Source of the DNA: Chiloscyllium plagiosum
Taxonomy: Eukaryota
Length of the DNA: 64,000 nt
Assembly (NCBI RefSeq): GCF_004010195.1
Contig: NW_025215215.1
Span: 8,539-72,538 of the forward strand
Direction: 5' to 3'
In this document: positions 63,291-64,000 of the stretch, in pieces
Numbering within the stretch: position 1 is the stretch's first letter
Layout of the letters: each line of letters begins with the position of its first letter
Notes under the pieces: generated by a model
Seen by the model: only the letters and a program-made list of their open reading frames with translations
Told to the model about the DNA's origin: nothing
Databases searched by the model: none
Position numbers and translations under genes: made by a program

Positions 63291-64000
63291 AAATATAAAC
63301 AACTGGCAGGGATTTGGATAATCCACGCAGAGGGACTGAGGGAAGTTTCATGGACAGATGAGTTAAAGTACTTGAGAATAGTAAAATAAAGGCATTGCCA
63401 GACACAATAGCGATTTCGATCACCATGCACAGGAATGTCAGATGGATGGAAATTTGGTCTGAGTTCGAATCAGATTTGTTTCTGCAGATTTCAACCCGAG
63501 AGTGTCTGTGTTACACAGTTCAAGATTTAAACAGCAGATGAGTTATGCCAGTGAAGTATATTCTGGAACAGTGAATAGTTAAAGTTAATAATGGTCAGGG
63601 CATGATGTCAGGAATCAGCTCATGGCCAAAGGGATGACCAATGTTGTGATTCATCTGGTTTAAACACCACGAGCAGGTTCCCCTCCAAGCCACTCACTAC
63701 CCTGACTTGGAAATATATCGTTGTTTCTTCACGTTGGGTCAAAATCCTGGAATTCCCTCCCTACCAGCATTATGGGTCAACCGACAGCAAGTGGACTCCA
63801 GCGATTCAAGAAGGCAGCTCACCACTACCTTCTCAAGGGCAAATAGTGCGAGGCTATCAATGCTGGCCAGCCAACGACACCCAAGTCCCAGAAATGAATG
63901 AATAAAAATATTGGCCAGGGCTGAGATGGAGTCCCAGGAAGGAAATGGAGTTTATAAACATAATAGAGGACAATGACCTCCACGCTCCCAATATTTAAAT
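63291..64000 (-). other. Paralog of GPCR copy-B intron 1 (24642-25133)
   Basis: Colinear matches, e.g. aacagcagatg...ccagtgaagtata, tggccaaagggat and tattggccaggg.tgagatggagtc, ending atttaaat at the window edge. Confidence 0.88.
63672..63910 (+). mobile_element. L2/CR1-group LINE 3' end (SacSINE1-like tail)
   Basis: ccctccaagccactcactaccctgacttggaaatatatcg...cccagaaatgaatgaataaaaa; absent from the paralogous site at ~25035. Confidence 0.8.

Overview
Eukaryotic, transposon-saturated genomic DNA from a cartilaginous fish (shark). The assignment rests on HE1-type tRNA-derived V-SINEs, HER1/CR1 LINEs, SacSINE1-like SINEs and shark-type Penelope-like elements (PLEs). I found no intact protein-coding gene. 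The only host-gene sequence I recognise is two minus-strand first coding exons of the GPR139/GPR142-like class A GPCR family expanded in elasmobranchs (9653-9969 and 25356-25533). Each has a 42-nt-repeat N-terminus, the start of TM1 (YYPILAI..P) and a phase-1 GT donor, and each carries an in-frame stop. The large second exon (TM1-TM7) is not visible anywhere in the window. Intron-1 sequence of a probable third copy runs off the right edge. The window is a mosaic of old, diverged segmental duplications overlaid by CR1, L2-like, a near full-length decayed L1-clade LINE, PLEs, two solo LTRs and Harbinger-type Myb/SANT remnants. Other notable structure: minimal hammerhead ribozyme motifs in several PLE families, ~80-190 bp hammerhead mini-insertions (two with perfect target-site duplications, one inside GPCR exon 1), two long hairpins, three minisatellites and an unassigned ~200 bp locus-specific module in 5-6 copies. 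Everything was read by eye, so repeat boundaries are approximate unless a motif position is quoted.
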